In this document: in pieces, positions 1 through 16,560 of the stretch
Layout: each line of letters begins with the position of its first letter
How positions within the stretch are numbered: position 1 is the stretch's first letter
Source: Eledone cirrhosa
Taxonomy: Eukaryota
Length of the DNA stretch: 64,000 bases
Direction of reading: 5' to 3'
Assembly (NCBI GenBank): GCA_964016885.1
Contig: OZ024752.1
Location: forward strand, 19,902,001-19,966,000
Program-made: the position numbers and the translations under genes
Notes under the pieces: model-generated
What the model was told of the DNA's origin: nothing
The model's input: only the letters and a program-made list of their open reading frames with translations
Database searches by the model: none

Positions 1-1080
1 AATTGTTTTTGTTTTTTGAGTGGAGGGGATGGGTTGGACATTGTTTTGTTTTGGTTTGAGCTGTGGTGGTTGTTTTTGTAGTGGTAGTTGTGGTGATTGT
101 GTTGGTTGTGCAGTTGTTGGTGGTGTAGGCAGGATTGGGGTTTTCTTATTAAGTTGGGGACAGACAGCCCTCAGGTGACCTCTGGTTCCGCAGAGGTAAC
201 ACGAGGGCCGTCTACCCTCAACGGTAATGTTGATGAAGGTTAGATCATCCAGTATGACGCGTTCAGGGATCTGGGCGATCCTTTCGGGCCTCATTTGAAC
301 TACAAGTTCGAGGCTCGTTCCACTGAACGCGTCACCCGATGCCTTTCCCATGGACACCAGCATGTCATCCTCCAGGTCCAGAAAACCTGTCAAAACCCAC
401 CATATGTCCATAATCGGCAGGATGGTGTGGATTTTTATTTTTTGTGTTCTTCTACCCATGTACGTAGGGTAGAAGGTGTATGCGGTGGATGTGATTGGTT
501 TGATGGACAGTTTCACTGCTGTGTCCCTGTCCTTCATGAGAATGGATAGACTCCCGTAGAGTCTATCCTTCTGAATGAAGGTGATGTCCTTCATGACGTC
601 TTTTAAAACCAGCTCTATCTCGCTCTGTGATGGTTGAGCTGGTTTTTTACTTTTGTTCGAGATTGTCCTAAACATGACCGTGTTTAGGAGTCTCTGGCTT
701 TTTAGTTCCGGGGGGGAATGGATTGTGAATGAACCATTTTCCCCGTACACTATATATTTTTTCGCATCCGCCAGTAGCTCCTTCGCTTTTGTTATATCTA
801 CTGGCAGATAGTCGAGGGTTTTCCTTGTCGTCTCGGCGAAGGAGAAATTTTGTTTGTTTGTGTTGTTGTTGTCGTTGGTGGTGTTGTTATTGTTATTGTT
901 ATTGGTGTTGTTTTCGTCCGTCGCATTGTTGTTGTTGTTGCTGTTGCTGCTGGTTCTTTGGGTTGTTGCCATGGCAACGTCAAGTTGTCGGTTAACAGGT
1001 GGAGAGAATTCTTCCTCTGGCTGACCTATCTTCTTGACCTCTGCTACTGTGACAGTGGCAGGGGGAAGCTGTAAGTTCAT
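1..1080 (-). CDS. Tx1/L1-clade ORF1-like (gag-like) protein with CCHC zinc knuckle; runs off the left edge of the window
   Basis: Hand translation from ATG at 1080 is open to base 1 (MNLQLPP...Asn-rich tract...FYPTYMGRRT...ITVEGRRPSCYLCGTRGHLRAVCP...). CX2CX4HX4C lies at 160-201. Not in the ORF track, presumably because there is no stop in the window. Confidence 0.8.
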   Translation of the reverse strand, partial: MNLQLPPATVTVAEVKKIGQPEEEFSPPVNRQLDVAMATTQRTSSNSNNNNNATDENNTNNNNNNNTTNDNNNTNKQNFSFAETTRKTLDYLPVDITKAKELLADAKKYIVYGENGSFTIHSPPELKSQRLLNTVMFRTISNKSKKPAQPSQSEIELVLKDVMKDITFIQKDRLYGSLSILMKDRDTAVKLSIKPITSTAYTFYPTYMGRRTQKIKIHTILPIMDIWWVLTGFLDLEDDMLVSMGKASGDAFSGTSLELVVQMRPERIAQIPERVILDDLTFINITVEGRRPSCYLCGTRGHLRAVCPQLNKKTPILPTPPTTAQPTQSPQLPLQKQPPQLKPKQNNVQPIPSTQKTKTI

Positions 1081-1336
1081 CTTCCCCTTTCCTCCTTCGA
1101 ATTTTGGTGAAGAAGCTTCGGCCATTTAAAAAAATATTGACTTTTCAACAAGAAAAAACTTTTTTTTTTAACTATTTCGCCTAAAGGCGTAGAATATTTT
1201 GAGAGACTGACCAGATCAAAGTTTGACCTGGCAGTCCCTCTACAAAATGGTACAAAAATTAAAGTTATCAGACAAGAATTTCTATAGAAATTTAAACAGA
1301 ACTTACTCAGCAAGTTATACGCGTGTGTCCATCCCA
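1..1336 (-). mobile_element. 5' part (5'UTR + ORF1) of a Tx1-like non-LTR retrotransposon
   Basis: Zinc-knuckle ORF1 plus ~255 bp leader that begins immediately after a (TATC)n tract on the minus strand. Confidence 0.65.
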
Positions 1337-1337
1337 G

Positions 1338-1370
<33 letters not shown>

Positions 1371-1372
1371 TA
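1337..1372. repeat. (GATA)n microsatellite
   Basis: Direct reading. Confidence 0.95.
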
Positions 1373-1951
1373 TTTCTTTTATTTGCCACTAGGGCATCAA
1401 AAGTGGGACAAGTACAAAGGGGGGAGTTTACACAAAAAGGCGTCCTCAATAAGGAGAAGGCAATAACAAAATATAAAAATAAAATAAGATATAACAAAAA
1501 ATAAAATTTTTAACAAAATCCTCAATAGAGAGGAGGCGCCTTGGGGGGTCGCACACACCCCCGAAAAAAGTGTGCAACCCTTCTCCTCAGGAGCACAGAG
1601 AAGGGGTGCTCCCTTGGTCTTTCATCTTCCTCACCTATAGTCTGATGTAGAGTGAAGGCCCATTCACACGGGCCATTCTCGCCACTTTCACCCATCTTTC
1701 ATAGAAACGGCTGGGGTGCAGCACCTCTCTCTCCATCCTGATCCTTCTTCCGAAATGATATCGGAAGAAACGGACCAGTTGTTGGCCAGAGAGAAAGGTG
1801 CCCGACCTCAGTCCTTTCAGACGCGTCCACCATACAACCTCTTTCGCCATGGCTATTACGCACAGAAACACCGCCTCTGCTTCATCTTTGAAGGGGGGAG
1901 GCGGCTTGATCATTACAATAGACTCGGTGGTCAACCGGATCGGTCCCACCC
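1373..1951 (-). mobile_element. 5'-truncated Tx1-like LINE: ORF2 C-terminus + 3'UTR
   Basis: ORF 1635..1982 has AKEVVWWTR...FFRYHF...MERE...FYERW, resembling Tx1 ORF2 C-termini; AATAAA before the (TATC)n tail; GATA repeats on both flanks. Confidence 0.65.
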
Positions 1952-1975
1952 TAGATAGATAGATAGATAGATAAA
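1952..1975. repeat. (GATA)n microsatellite
   Basis: Direct reading. Confidence 0.9.
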
Positions 1976-2208
1976 TATACACGGGTGTGTATGATTGTGT
2001 ATAAAAGATTATATTAATAAGAGGAATTCCAACTTTGTCTGATTTTCTCGTTTTATTTACAATCCTTTAAAATTTATATAATGGTATTATAATGAAATAG
2101 TATGATAGAATATTAAATGTTAAGTGTTAATTGAACAAGTACTTTCATGCTTTCGCAATCTTCAGGTTCATAATGTGTGGTGACAGTCAAGTTTGCAATT
2201 TTCAACTG
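1973..2208 (-). mobile_element. Penelope-like element 3' terminal repeat (pLTR) fragment
   Basis: Direct repeat of 2962-3155 and inverted repeat of ~7484-7718; contains a hammerhead motif. Confidence 0.8.
2132..2170 (-). ncRNA. Minimal type I hammerhead ribozyme motif
   Basis: Minus strand: tgaac CTGAAGA t-tgc-gaaa-gca-t GAAA gtac TT gttca; stem I tgaac/gttca; palindromic stem III AAGTACTT. Confidence 0.8.
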
Positions 2209-2214
2209 ACAGTT

Positions 2215-4134
<1,920 letters not shown>

Positions 4135-4135
<1 letters not shown>

Positions 4136-6487
4136 CATACTGATAGTACATATGACGCAACTAAAGATAGTAATATGTGTGACATATCGGCCACCAGTGA
4201 TGAGGGTAAATTTGAGGATAGCCTCAGTAGGATAGAAGAGGTCTTTGACAAACTGGACCAGGGTCTCAACATTCTACTGCTGGGAGACTTCAACCTGCCA
4301 AAGGTCAAATAGCCTGAGGGCCACCCCCTCCCTGGAATGACATCAATAGAACAGAGACAGACGGAGTCCCTGCTGGCTCTCACACACAGGCTGTTCATGG
4401 AACAAGCAGTACTCCTCCAAACAAGAGGCGAGAATGTCCTATACCTCTGTTTTACAAACAACGAAGTGCTCATCCACAATGTAAAGGTGACACCAACAAT
4501 TTTCTCGGATCATAACTTAGTAGAACTAATGATATGTGGTCCGAGAGAATCAACAGAGACACAACCATCAAGAAGCACCGGGATCTTATCCAGCCTTAAC
4601 TTCTACAAGGCTAACTGGAAAAAGATCAAGAGAGAAATCCGGAAACAAGTATGGAGCGAAAACACCGCCACACAAGACACCAACACACAATTTCAACACT
4701 TCATGACAACGATACACACTATATGCCAAAAGTTTGTCCCGGAGAAAAAGACCAACAGACACAAAAATCTTATTCCCAGAGGTAGGAAAATCCTTATGAG
4801 ACGTAGAACCAAGCTCTCAAACCAGTTGAATGCACAACAAGAAAACAAAAACAAGAAGGAATCCTATTTGAAACGTGCACTACTTGACACCGAGATTGCA
4901 CTCAAACTTTCCCATGAAAATGAGAGGGCAAAGAAAGAAAGCAGGGCCATAGAAAATATTAAAACAAACCCTAAGACCTTCTTTAAATTTGCAAAAGAAA
5001 CTGCCTCAGTACACTGCAAGATTGGGCCACTCTTACATAAAGATGGTTCATTAACCGAGAATCCCCAAGAGATATGTGAAATACTGAACGGACAGTACAA
5101 AAGTGTGTTCACATGTCCACTGAGGCACATGCAAATAACAAAGCGAGAGCATTTCTTTGATGCCACAACACTCCATGAAGAAATGGCGACCATCAACCAC
5201 ATAGACATAATGGAGGAGGATGTGGTATACGCCATACATGAAATTAGAACAGACTCATCTGCTGGACCTGATGGATTCCCAGCAGTTCTCTTAAAAACAT
5301 GTAAGCGGGCCTTAGCAACTCCACTGACGACGCTCTTCAGAAGCTCCTTGGCTAGCGGTAGACTACACAGGGAGCTGAAAGAAGGCACAATATGCCCTAT
5401 CCATAAAAGAGGTAGCAGAGTGGGGGCCAAAAACTATAGGCCAGTTTCCCTGACGTCACATATCAGTAAGGTCATGAAGCGAATCATCAGAAGAAACTGA
5501 TCACTTTCCTCGAGGAAAATAACCGCATGACTAGCATGCAGCATGGCTTTCGCCCAGGAAGAAGCTGCCTTACACAGCTGCTACAAAACTATGACTCGGT
5601 ACTGAAACAACTGCTAGACAGCGCACTTGTGGACGTGATATATCTTGACTTTGCGAAGGCCTTTGACAAGGTCGACCACGGAATGATATGTCACAAACTA
5701 CACGGACTCGGCATAACTGGAAAAGTAGGTGAGTGGCTGCATGACTTCTTAAAGGACAGAAGCCAAACAGTCACAGCAAACGGAGCCCTCTCAAAGGAAA
5801 CATCAATAACAAGTGGGATGTCCCAAGGCACAGTCCTGGGGCCACTACTGTAATTGGTGGCTCTCTCAGACATACCCTCTGTACTACATACAACAACATC
5901 CCTCACTACCTATGCAGATGACATTAAGGTAGCACAGGCAATCAAAAACCCGGCTGACGCTGCCCTTTTACAACAAGATCTGGATGCCATATACAAACGG
6001 GCGGAAGACAACAACATGCAGTTTAATGCTGGAAAATTCGAAGCCCTACAATACAAACCTGCAAACACAAATACAGTACAACACAGTTACGCCGGACCAG
6101 GAGGGACCGATATCCCCGTGTCGAAATCGATACGAACCGTCGAACAGGACGTCACTGTGTGGTGCCAAAGGTCCCGTTTTCCACATCTAGAGTAAGGAGC
6201 AGATATTGCAATAGCCTGGGGTTCAAGGGCCCTCAACTCTTCAACAAGCTGCCGAGGGATCTGAGAGATCTGCATGGTGTGGATGTCTTCTAGAAACATC
6301 TTGACACCTTGCTATCCAGGATCCCGGATGAGCCCACTGCAAGGTACGAGGGAAACCTAAGGGCAGCAGCAACGAACTCCTTCTTACACCAGTGGCCAAC
6401 CAATACAGGCTGGAGATAAAATGTCTACCAACAAGGGTGGTGCCCCAGCATGACCTCCGCCGGATGGCTGGAACAGGTAAAAGAGAA
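4135..6487 (+). mobile_element. CR1-group LINE, 5'-truncated in the APE domain, with frameshifts and a 3' deletion
   Basis: APE motifs (YRPP, LLGDFNLP, SDHNLV); RT motifs (SAGPDG, NYRPVSLTS, QHGFRPGRSC, YLDFAKAFDKVDH, QGTVLGPLL, YADD); sequence jumps near 6135; 3' end GGTGGTGCCCCAGCATG... then (TA)n. Confidence 0.9.
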
Positions 6488-7720
<1,233 letters not shown>

Positions 7721-7811
7721 ATATATATATATATAAGTATATATATATGTATATATATATATATGTATGTATGTATATATATATATACATATATGTGTAT
7801 ATATATACATA

Positions 7812-8412
7812 TAATCCGCTTGCATCATCTATTCGTTTGGGATTTGAAATCGAGGGATGGGCACATATAATAAGTACAGTGAATTTTTTTTAATTTATTT
7901 TTTCTATATTTACATTCCCTTGATTTTATATGTTCTGGCTTGTTAATTTATTAACTTGCCATTGAATCACACTGGCATATGGTCGGACTATACTTGTGTC
8001 CCTGTGTGTATTAATTACATATAGGAACATATACATTTATTATTATTCTCCCCAATGGTAGAGAAACATTTGGTCGTTTGAATGGCTGCTATTTTTAGCA
8101 GTACAGGATTGACCTATCCACCGTGCTTTTGCCTTTGTATACGTTACCATGACAAAACTGCTTTAGCATTCATTTGCTCTCATTCTGAGGCAGTTTGGAA
8201 TGGCGCCAGTTTGTAATTTTAACTCGGGAATTTTATATTCTCCGAGAGAGAAATGTCTTCTGACGATGATCTCTTTCGCAATAGAAATCCGCATGGATTA
8301 TCTATTAGTTTGGGATTTGAAACTGCGGTAAGGGCATATATAGTAAGTACAGGGAATTTTTTTTTTTTTTTTTAAAGATTTTTTCTATATTTACACTCCG
8401 TTGATTTTATAT
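7812..8412 (+). repeat. Old element with diverged ~120-bp terminal direct repeats and a degenerate hammerhead-like core
   Basis: 7812-7931 resembles 8285-8412; CTGACGA...GAAA tcc gcat gga TT at ~8260-8300; TA-flanked. Confidence 0.45.
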
Positions 8413-8512
8413 ATATATATACTTAGGTTAGTAGGAGTTAGGTATTATATACCCGTGTCCCGTTAAGGTATTGGCAGCATAATAATTAGCTCTATGCTTT
8501 GGAGCAGAGCCG

Positions 8513-9380
8513 TATATATGAAAAAGAACACAAGAGCGTCTACAACATCAAAAGAGTTTTATTGGTGATAACACATATTGTTTATTGGTGATACACATAT
8601 TGTTTATTATTTATTATTAAGATGTATAAACTGGACACAACTGTTATCATCCTATATTCTCTCAACGAATCACACTTGATCATATTTCTCTATCCTGTTT
8701 TCTTCCCCCATAATTATTATATTTTTATTACTTTTATTATTTTTTATTATTGTTTGAAAAAAATCGGTTTTTTTACATTGTGTTTTCCCCTCCAAATATT
8801 CGCTTATATTTCCTTATATATTCTCTATATATTTTTTATCTTTAGTATTATTTCCACTTTTATCCTCCTTTATATTTTACCTTATTCTTACCTTTACACC
8901 TTATTATAGTGTAATCTTCCCCATGCCTTATTATACACTATTAATTATAGATTATTATTATTACTCTTCTTCCATTTCTAATTACCTCATGTACCTTCTC
9001 CTCCGCTATATGTATATATGTATTCTACGCCCTTCGTGTTTGCGTAGCCTCTGCGCACCCTCTGCACCATACTACCCACGCCACCCCATCTATGGTTCAG
9101 CTAACCACCCGACCCCCGGGAATGAATATGACCGCAGCTAGTAAACAAGGACCAACACCCCACCCTCCCGCACCAAAATTAGACTTATCGTCCCCTACTT
9201 TTGCTCTTTACTCTCTCTACCCTTTGTTCTTGGGTGTTTGGTTGGTAGAGTCCATAACACCAATCAAACCCCTTTTATAGCTCTGATGAATCCTACGGTT
9301 ACACGTAAGGAAGAAACATTGTTAGCCAATAAAACTCTTTTGATGTTGTAGACGCTCTTGTGTTCTTTTTCATATATATA
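8513..9380 (+). mobile_element. Non-coding hammerhead element with an inverted terminal duplication
   Basis: 8513-8565 is the reverse complement of ~9326-9378; hammerhead just before the 3' copy; ends in (TA)n. Confidence 0.7.
9280..9326 (+). ncRNA. Minimal type I hammerhead ribozyme motif
   Basis: gct CTGATGA a-tcctacg-gttaca-cgtaagga-a GAAA cattg TT agc, followed by AATAAA. Confidence 0.7.
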
Positions 9381-9985
9381 TATATATATATATATGTAGG
9401 AGGTGAGTTTTATTGTAGTACAATAAAGCAATGCAGATATCGGATAAGAAGCACTCTACAGTTTGTAGGACTGGAGTATACATAATATATAAGAACAAAA
9501 GATGGTTAAAAGAGTTTTCTCTCTGCTTGCATAAATTCCACAAAACATTCCACAAAGTATACAGCTAATATCCAAAACTTTATCAATTTACAATCTTTTT
9601 CTCAAAGGCACATATATATATATATACTTCTTTAAAAATATACCCATCTTTCTACCTTATTTCAAAGTTATTTATTATACATTATATAATACTTGTTACT
9701 CATTCTATATCACTCCTATTTATCACTTCCCTTTCTTCTCTTTTTCTTTTAATGTCTAACCCCTAATCTGTACCTTTTCTCACCGTTGCCTAACATAGAA
9801 ACAATTATTACATAATACATTCTTACTCTATATCACCTTGTAAAAATCCTTCGTAAACATAAACATTTTTTTGACGTTAGATTATTCATCCTCAATTCAT
9901 TATTTTTTTCTCCCTTTCATCTAACTTACTCATGCTCATCTCACAATATATCCCTACTTACATTACTTGTTGTTCTTTTTAATAA

Positions 9986-10215
9986 TACATATCAACATTT
10001 TCTTTCCATCGCACATATTATTAAACCCTTAAATATTATTCTTAATACATATTAACTTTTTCTTTCCATCGCACATATTATTAAACCCTTAAATATTATT
10101 CTTAATACATATTAACTTTTTCTTTCCATCGCACATATTATTAAACCCTTAAATATTATTCTTAATACATATTAACATTTTCTTTTCATCGCACATATTA
10201 TTAAACCCTTCAATA
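9986..10215 (+). repeat. 60-bp tandem repeat, ~3.7 copies
   Basis: Consecutive 60-nt lines 10021, 10081 and 10141 are nearly identical. Confidence 0.95.
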
Positions 10216-10575
10216 TACAAACCTTAACTTTACATTATTTTTCTCTTCGTTAATTTTCAAATTCTTTTAATTTATACATTATCTTCCAACGGTTTTCAAC
10301 CTCTCTATGTAAAACAATATATTTTTCTCAGTTATAAAAGCTATCTCTCTCTCTCTATCACCCATCTTTCCTCCTATCGCATCCTTCTTCATTATACTCC
10401 TCCCTCTCCACTTTTTACTCTCATCTCCTCCTCTTTTTCATCCTTTCCACCCGCCTCCCTCAAAATAAAATATTTTTCCCAATATCACACATCAATCTAA
10501 AACTACTTTTCATATGTTGATTTAAAACTACACTATCCACAAGTGTTTTTTAACCTTCATATCATGTCTTCCTGC

Positions 10576-10640
10576 TTTATCTGATGAAAACACAAATATT
10601 ATTGCATGATGATATTTGTTTTTGAAATGCGCATAATAAA
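10576..10640 (+). ncRNA. Type I hammerhead ribozyme motif
   Basis: tttat CTGATGA ...acaaatatt-attgcatgat-gatatttgt... GAAA tgcgca TA ataaa; palindromic stem III ATGCGCAT. Confidence 0.85.
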
Positions 10641-10671
10641 ATACATGGAACTCTTTTAACCATCTTTTGTT

Positions 10672-10674
<3 letters not shown>

Positions 10675-10738
<64 letters not shown>

Positions 10739-10747
10739 ATATATATG

Positions 10748-10834
<87 letters not shown>

Positions 10835-10884
10835 GTATATATATATGTATATGTATATATGTCTATGTATATGTATATATATGT

Positions 10885-10917
<33 letters not shown>

Positions 10918-11122
10918 TATATATGTATAGGTATATATATGTATATGTATATGTATATGTATGTATGTATCTGTATATATATATGTACATATGTATATGT
11001 ATATATATATATATGTATATATATATATGTAAAAATGTATATATATATAGATGTATATATGTATATATATATATGTGTATATATATATATGTATATATGT
11101 GTATATATATATATATATGTAT

Positions 11123-11178
<56 letters not shown>

Positions 11179-11230
11179 ATATATAAATATGTATATATAT
11201 ACTGTATATGTATATATATATATATATATA
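10675..11230. repeat. (TA)n/(TATG)n microsatellite
   Basis: Direct reading. Confidence 0.95.
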
Positions 11231-11438
11231 TAAGTATGTACACGTACATACATATATGTATACCAACGTACAGTAGTATGTATATATATATATACATACA
11301 TGCACACATATATATATGCACGTATGGATTCACCGAACATTTATTATAATGCTCGGTGTGTTTGTAAACAAACATCCCGTATTAAGCCGTAGTGTCTAGC
11401 AACCACCGTTGCTCGTTTGTTCAACACTGACAAAGGAA

Positions 11439-11479
11439 CGCTGTACTAGTTTCAAGCTTGTTAGCTATCGTCAGCAACG
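11439..11479 (-). ncRNA. Minimal type I hammerhead ribozyme motif
   Basis: Reverse complement of 11851-11891. Confidence 0.85.
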
Positions 11480-11850
11480 TATACCTTCCTGCCAGATTGT
11501 TGAACGTATATACTTACCTTATGCATATTAACGGCTGAGTAGCCGAATTTGCATATCGAGTGGGTTAATCGGCCGGGTGCACCGAAAACGATAAACGGAA
11601 AAAATGAAACGATGTTTCATTTCCCACTCTTAGTACGGCTGTTACTTAAATATAAGTATGTACACGTACATACATATATGTATACCGACGTACAGTAGTA
11701 TGTATATATATATATACATACATGCACACATATATATATCGTTTTCGGTGCACCCGGCCGATTAACCCACTCGATATGCAAATTCGGCTACTCAGCCGTT
11801 AATATGCATAAGGTAAGTATATACGTTCAACAATCTGGCAGGAAGATATA

Positions 11851-11891
11851 CGTTGCTGACGATAGCTAACAAGCTTGAAACTAGTACAGCG
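11851..11891 (+). ncRNA. Minimal type I hammerhead ribozyme motif
   Basis: cgttg CTGACGA t-agct-aaca-agct-t GAAA ctag TA cagcg; palindromic stem III ACTAGT; GUA cleavage triplet. Confidence 0.85.
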
Positions 11892-12159
11892 TTCCTTTGT
11901 CAGTGTTGAACAAACGAGCAACGGTGGTTGCTAGACACTACGGCTTAATACGGGATGTTTGTTTACAAACACACCGAGCATTATAATAAATGTTCGGTGA
12001 ATCCATACGTGCATATATATATGTGTGCATGTATGTATATATATATATACATACTACTGTACGTCGGTATACATATATGTATGTACGTGTACATACTTAT
12101 ATTTAAGTAACAGCCGTACTAAGAGTGGGAAATGAAATATCGTTTCATTTTTTCCGTTT

Positions 12160-12845
<686 letters not shown>

Positions 12846-13042
12846 AAACAAACAAACCGAGCATTATAATAAATGTTCGGTAAACCGATACGTACATATA
12901 TATGTGTGCATGTATGTATATACATACTACTGTACGTCTGTATACATATATGTATGTACGTATACATACATACATACTTACATTTAAGTAAGTGCCGTAC
13001 TAAGAGTGAGAAATGAAATTTCGTTTCATTCTATTCCATTTA
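12846..13042 (+). repeat. Diverged partial copy of the 422-bp unit (3' half)
   Basis: Aligns by eye with ~11965-12160. Confidence 0.8.
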
Positions 13043-13069
13043 TATATACATATATATACATATATACAC

Positions 13070-13100
<31 letters not shown>

Positions 13101-13120
13101 CATATATATACATATATATA

Positions 13121-16100
13121 TGATGGCTGCCCCCTCGTTATCGAGTATGGCCATTGCACGAGAAAAAAAAACTATAATTATAACAATAATAATAATAATA
13201 ATAACAATAATAATAACGACAACAACAACAACAATAATAATATACATATATATATATATATACACACACGCGCACACACACATAAACATATCTACACACA
13301 CACACGATAGCAATTAACAGCGCTGCGATCGAATGTGGCTTTTTAGCCCAGCCAATGATCTAAAATGTCTTGCACAGAGTCGGCAACCAAAACATTCACT
13401 GGGAATAGTCGGCTGTGGCTGGAGTTCATGTAATTTTGCATATCGTTTGACCCCTCCTGCTGACTTACATTCTCTACCACATGTTTGGCAAGCATGATGA
13501 ATAACATCTCCAACAGCAGCCTGGTAGTCAACAACTGGTCTCACTTTATGACTGCGAAGATGACTTTCGAGTCCAGCTTTGCTTAGGCAGAGTCTCGCAC
13601 AGACGCTGCATGTCAGCGCCGTAGGAGGACCTTCGCCGTCTGGAAGTGCAACAGCAATGCCCTTCCTCACATCCCGCTTTACTTTCTCGTATGCGATTCG
13701 AGATGCCTCAAAGGCAACTTTCCCTTCATGTAGTCTTTCTCCATTTACTATGATCAGCAGCAACATTTTCCCATGTATATATATAACAACATTTTCCCAT
13801 GTATCCCATGTACAAAGAGGCTTTCAAGGAATTCTTATACCTCTTTTTTTGGTTTATGTGGCGGTTGTTTTCCTTTAACTAACTCTCCATAAAAGAGTTG
13901 TTTTGGTATTCTAGAATCCTTCATCCTGGCAAGGTGACCACTCCAACGGAGTCGTTGCTTAAGCACAAGAGCTTCTATACTGTCACACAGAGAGCTTTCC
14001 AAAATCTCGACATCGCTGATGTGGTCCCTCCAGTGAACGCCATGGATTCGTCTGAGATACATCTGATGGAAACGCTCCAATTGCTTAAGGTGTCGATATG
14101 TGACCCAGGTCTCGCAGGCATAAAGAAGAGAAGAGATCACACATGACTTGTACACCTTTACCTTTGTCTTCTTGCATATATCTCGCCGACCCCACAGTCG
14201 CCTTTCTAGCTTTCCGAAAGCATCACTTGCTTTCCTAATCCTGAGTGGGATTTCATTATCAAGGTTGCTGTATCGATTGACAGTGCTTCCCAGGTAGACA
14301 AACTGATCAACCACTTCAAGTTGTTTACCATACACATAGATATTTGGTTTACTGTACTGCTTACCAGGGGCAGGTTGGTACATGACGACGGTTTTCTTGA
14401 GACTGACAGTCAATCCTAGGGCAGTGCAAGCATCAGAAAATGCATTCAAAATGTGCTGCATATCACTCTCTGTGTGAGCTATAAGATCGCAATCATCTGC
14501 ATACAAGAGGTCTCTTATGATTGATGTAAATACTTAAAGCGCCTGATGTTAAATATGCTGCCTGAGGTTCGATATCGGATGTAAAAACAGCATCCTCGCA
14601 ATTCTTGAAACCATTGCAAAGTATATGGCAAACAGGGTCGGTGCTGGAATATACCCCTGTTTCACCTGATACAGATCCAAACCTTATTCCATGCACTTCC
14701 CCTTGAGCTGTCTAGCTGAGATCATATCAGTAGTTCCGTGTCCAGAACGAAAACCAGATTGACTTTCAAGAAGAACACAATCTGTAATGTGTGTCAGCAG
14801 ACGGTCCAGAAGCACCCTACATAAAACTTTCCCTACGACAGAAAGCAATGATATACCTCTGTAGTTCCCACAATCATTCCTGTTACCCTTTCCCTTGTAC
14901 AAGACCATTATTACTGCATCTCTCCAGTCCTCAGGTACGGATTCATTAGCCCATATCCTGCCAAACAAAGAGTGAAGATGTTGAAGGAGTCTCTCACCTC
15001 CATATTGTAGGAGCTCTGCATGTATGCCATCCATACCTGGAGACCTTCCACTGTTCAGCTTCGAGATAGCCACTGCAACCTCCGCAAGCTTCGGAGGTTC
15101 TGTGAGAGCTACTTTCACAGGATTTTCTGGAATGAGATTGAGGAAATCTTCATTGACGACAGACGGCTGATTCAAAAGCTCATGAAAGTGCTCTCGCCAC
15201 CATCGTAGAATTCCTTGTGAGTCACGAAGAAGTTATTTGCCATCCTTGCTGCGAAGCGGTGTCACCAGAGAAGAAGACGGTCCATAAACTTCACGCAAGA
15301 GACTGTACAACAGCTTTGTGTTATTGGAATCTGACGCAGTTTGTATCTCATCAGCCTTCTCACTCCACCACTTATCCTTCATCTGAGGAAACTCCGCCTA
15401 ACACGTGATTTCACATCCTTGAGTTCCTTATGCAACATATTCTTCTCCTGTGGTTTTGCCGTCAAGTAGCGTGGCAGAGCACGCCTCTTATCAGCCAACA
15501 AGTCTTCTATATGTTCATCATTCTCATTAAACCAGTCTTGATGTTTTCTCTGCACCAATCCCAGAACACGCCTGCCTACATCATAAACCGACTTTTTAAG
15601 GATCGGCCAATCCTCACCAAGATCTGCAACCTGCATCTCTTCTCGCAATGTCCTCTTCACATTTTTATCTCTAAGACGAGCAGCATTCAATCTTCTGGGC
15701 AGGGCAACACCAGGAGCCCGGATGTTACGTTTAGTGATTAGTTTCACTTTTGCGCGTACCAGGCGGTCCAGCACTCAGCTCCACGAAGAGTACGAACACA
15801 CTGCAAATCCTGTCTGTCACGCATCCTGACTAGGACATAGTCCAAAAGATGCCATTCCTTAGATGCAGGATGCATTCATGTAGTCTTAAATGTGTTCTTT
15901 TATTGGAACATGGGGTTGGTAACACACAGATCCAGCTCCTCACACATCTGCAGCAGGAGCATACCATTGTTGTTACACTTTCCCACCCCATGCCTTCCGA
16001 TTACATTCCATGTGTTAAAATCCCTACCCACTCTAACATTAAAGTCACCAAGCACGGTGACTTTGTCTGCTTGAGGGATATTTCTTAAAACACCTTTCAA

Positions 16101-16560
16101 GGCATGGTAAAAGGACACTTTTTCTTCATCGACAGAATTCATAGCTGGAGCATACACACTCACCAGAGTCGCATATCTTCCTTTGTCCAGCGGAATTCTC
16201 ATGGACATAAGGCGCTCACTAATCCCTACTGGGAATTCTTCTAATTTATTCACAAGAACAGTCTTAACAGCAAATGCTACCCCAGCCTCTCTTCTGGTTC
16301 CTTCATCTCTTCCTTTCCAGAAGAATGTATATTCTCCACAAAATTCTGTAAGATGACCATCTCCAGCTAACCTCGTCTAAGATAAAGCTACGATGTCAAG
16401 ATCGTAATGTCGAAGCTCCTTTGCAACAAGAGCGGTCCTTCGTTCAGGACGTTCCAAGGAATCCATGTCAAGCAGCGTCCGTACGTTCCAGCAGCCCAGA
16501 CTAAATGCCTTGTTTGGCTCTATTATAGTGGCACGATGACGAGCGGGCCCAGGCTGTGAT
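13121..16560 (-). mobile_element. RTE-clade (BovB-like) LINE, near full-length ORF, disrupted
   Basis: APE: LGCWNVRTLLD..RPERRTALVAKEL..YDLDIVALS, SVYAP, LGDFNVRVG; RT: SPGMDGI, NYRGISLLS, YADD, FVYLGS, LRWSGHLARM; three C-terminal C2H2-like motifs; 3' terminus at 13121-13157 then (TA)n. Confidence 0.92.

Larger units (their letters stand above)
9486..10680 (+). mobile_element. Non-coding hammerhead element with an inverted terminal duplication
   Basis: 9486-9516 (atatataagaacaaaagatggttaaaagagtt) is the reverse complement of ~10649-10680; hammerhead at 10576-10640. Confidence 0.7.

Noticed and set aside
295-1074. Plus-strand ORFs at 295, 729 and 850
   Set aside because: Antisense shadows of the minus-strand ORF1 and its AAC-rich tract
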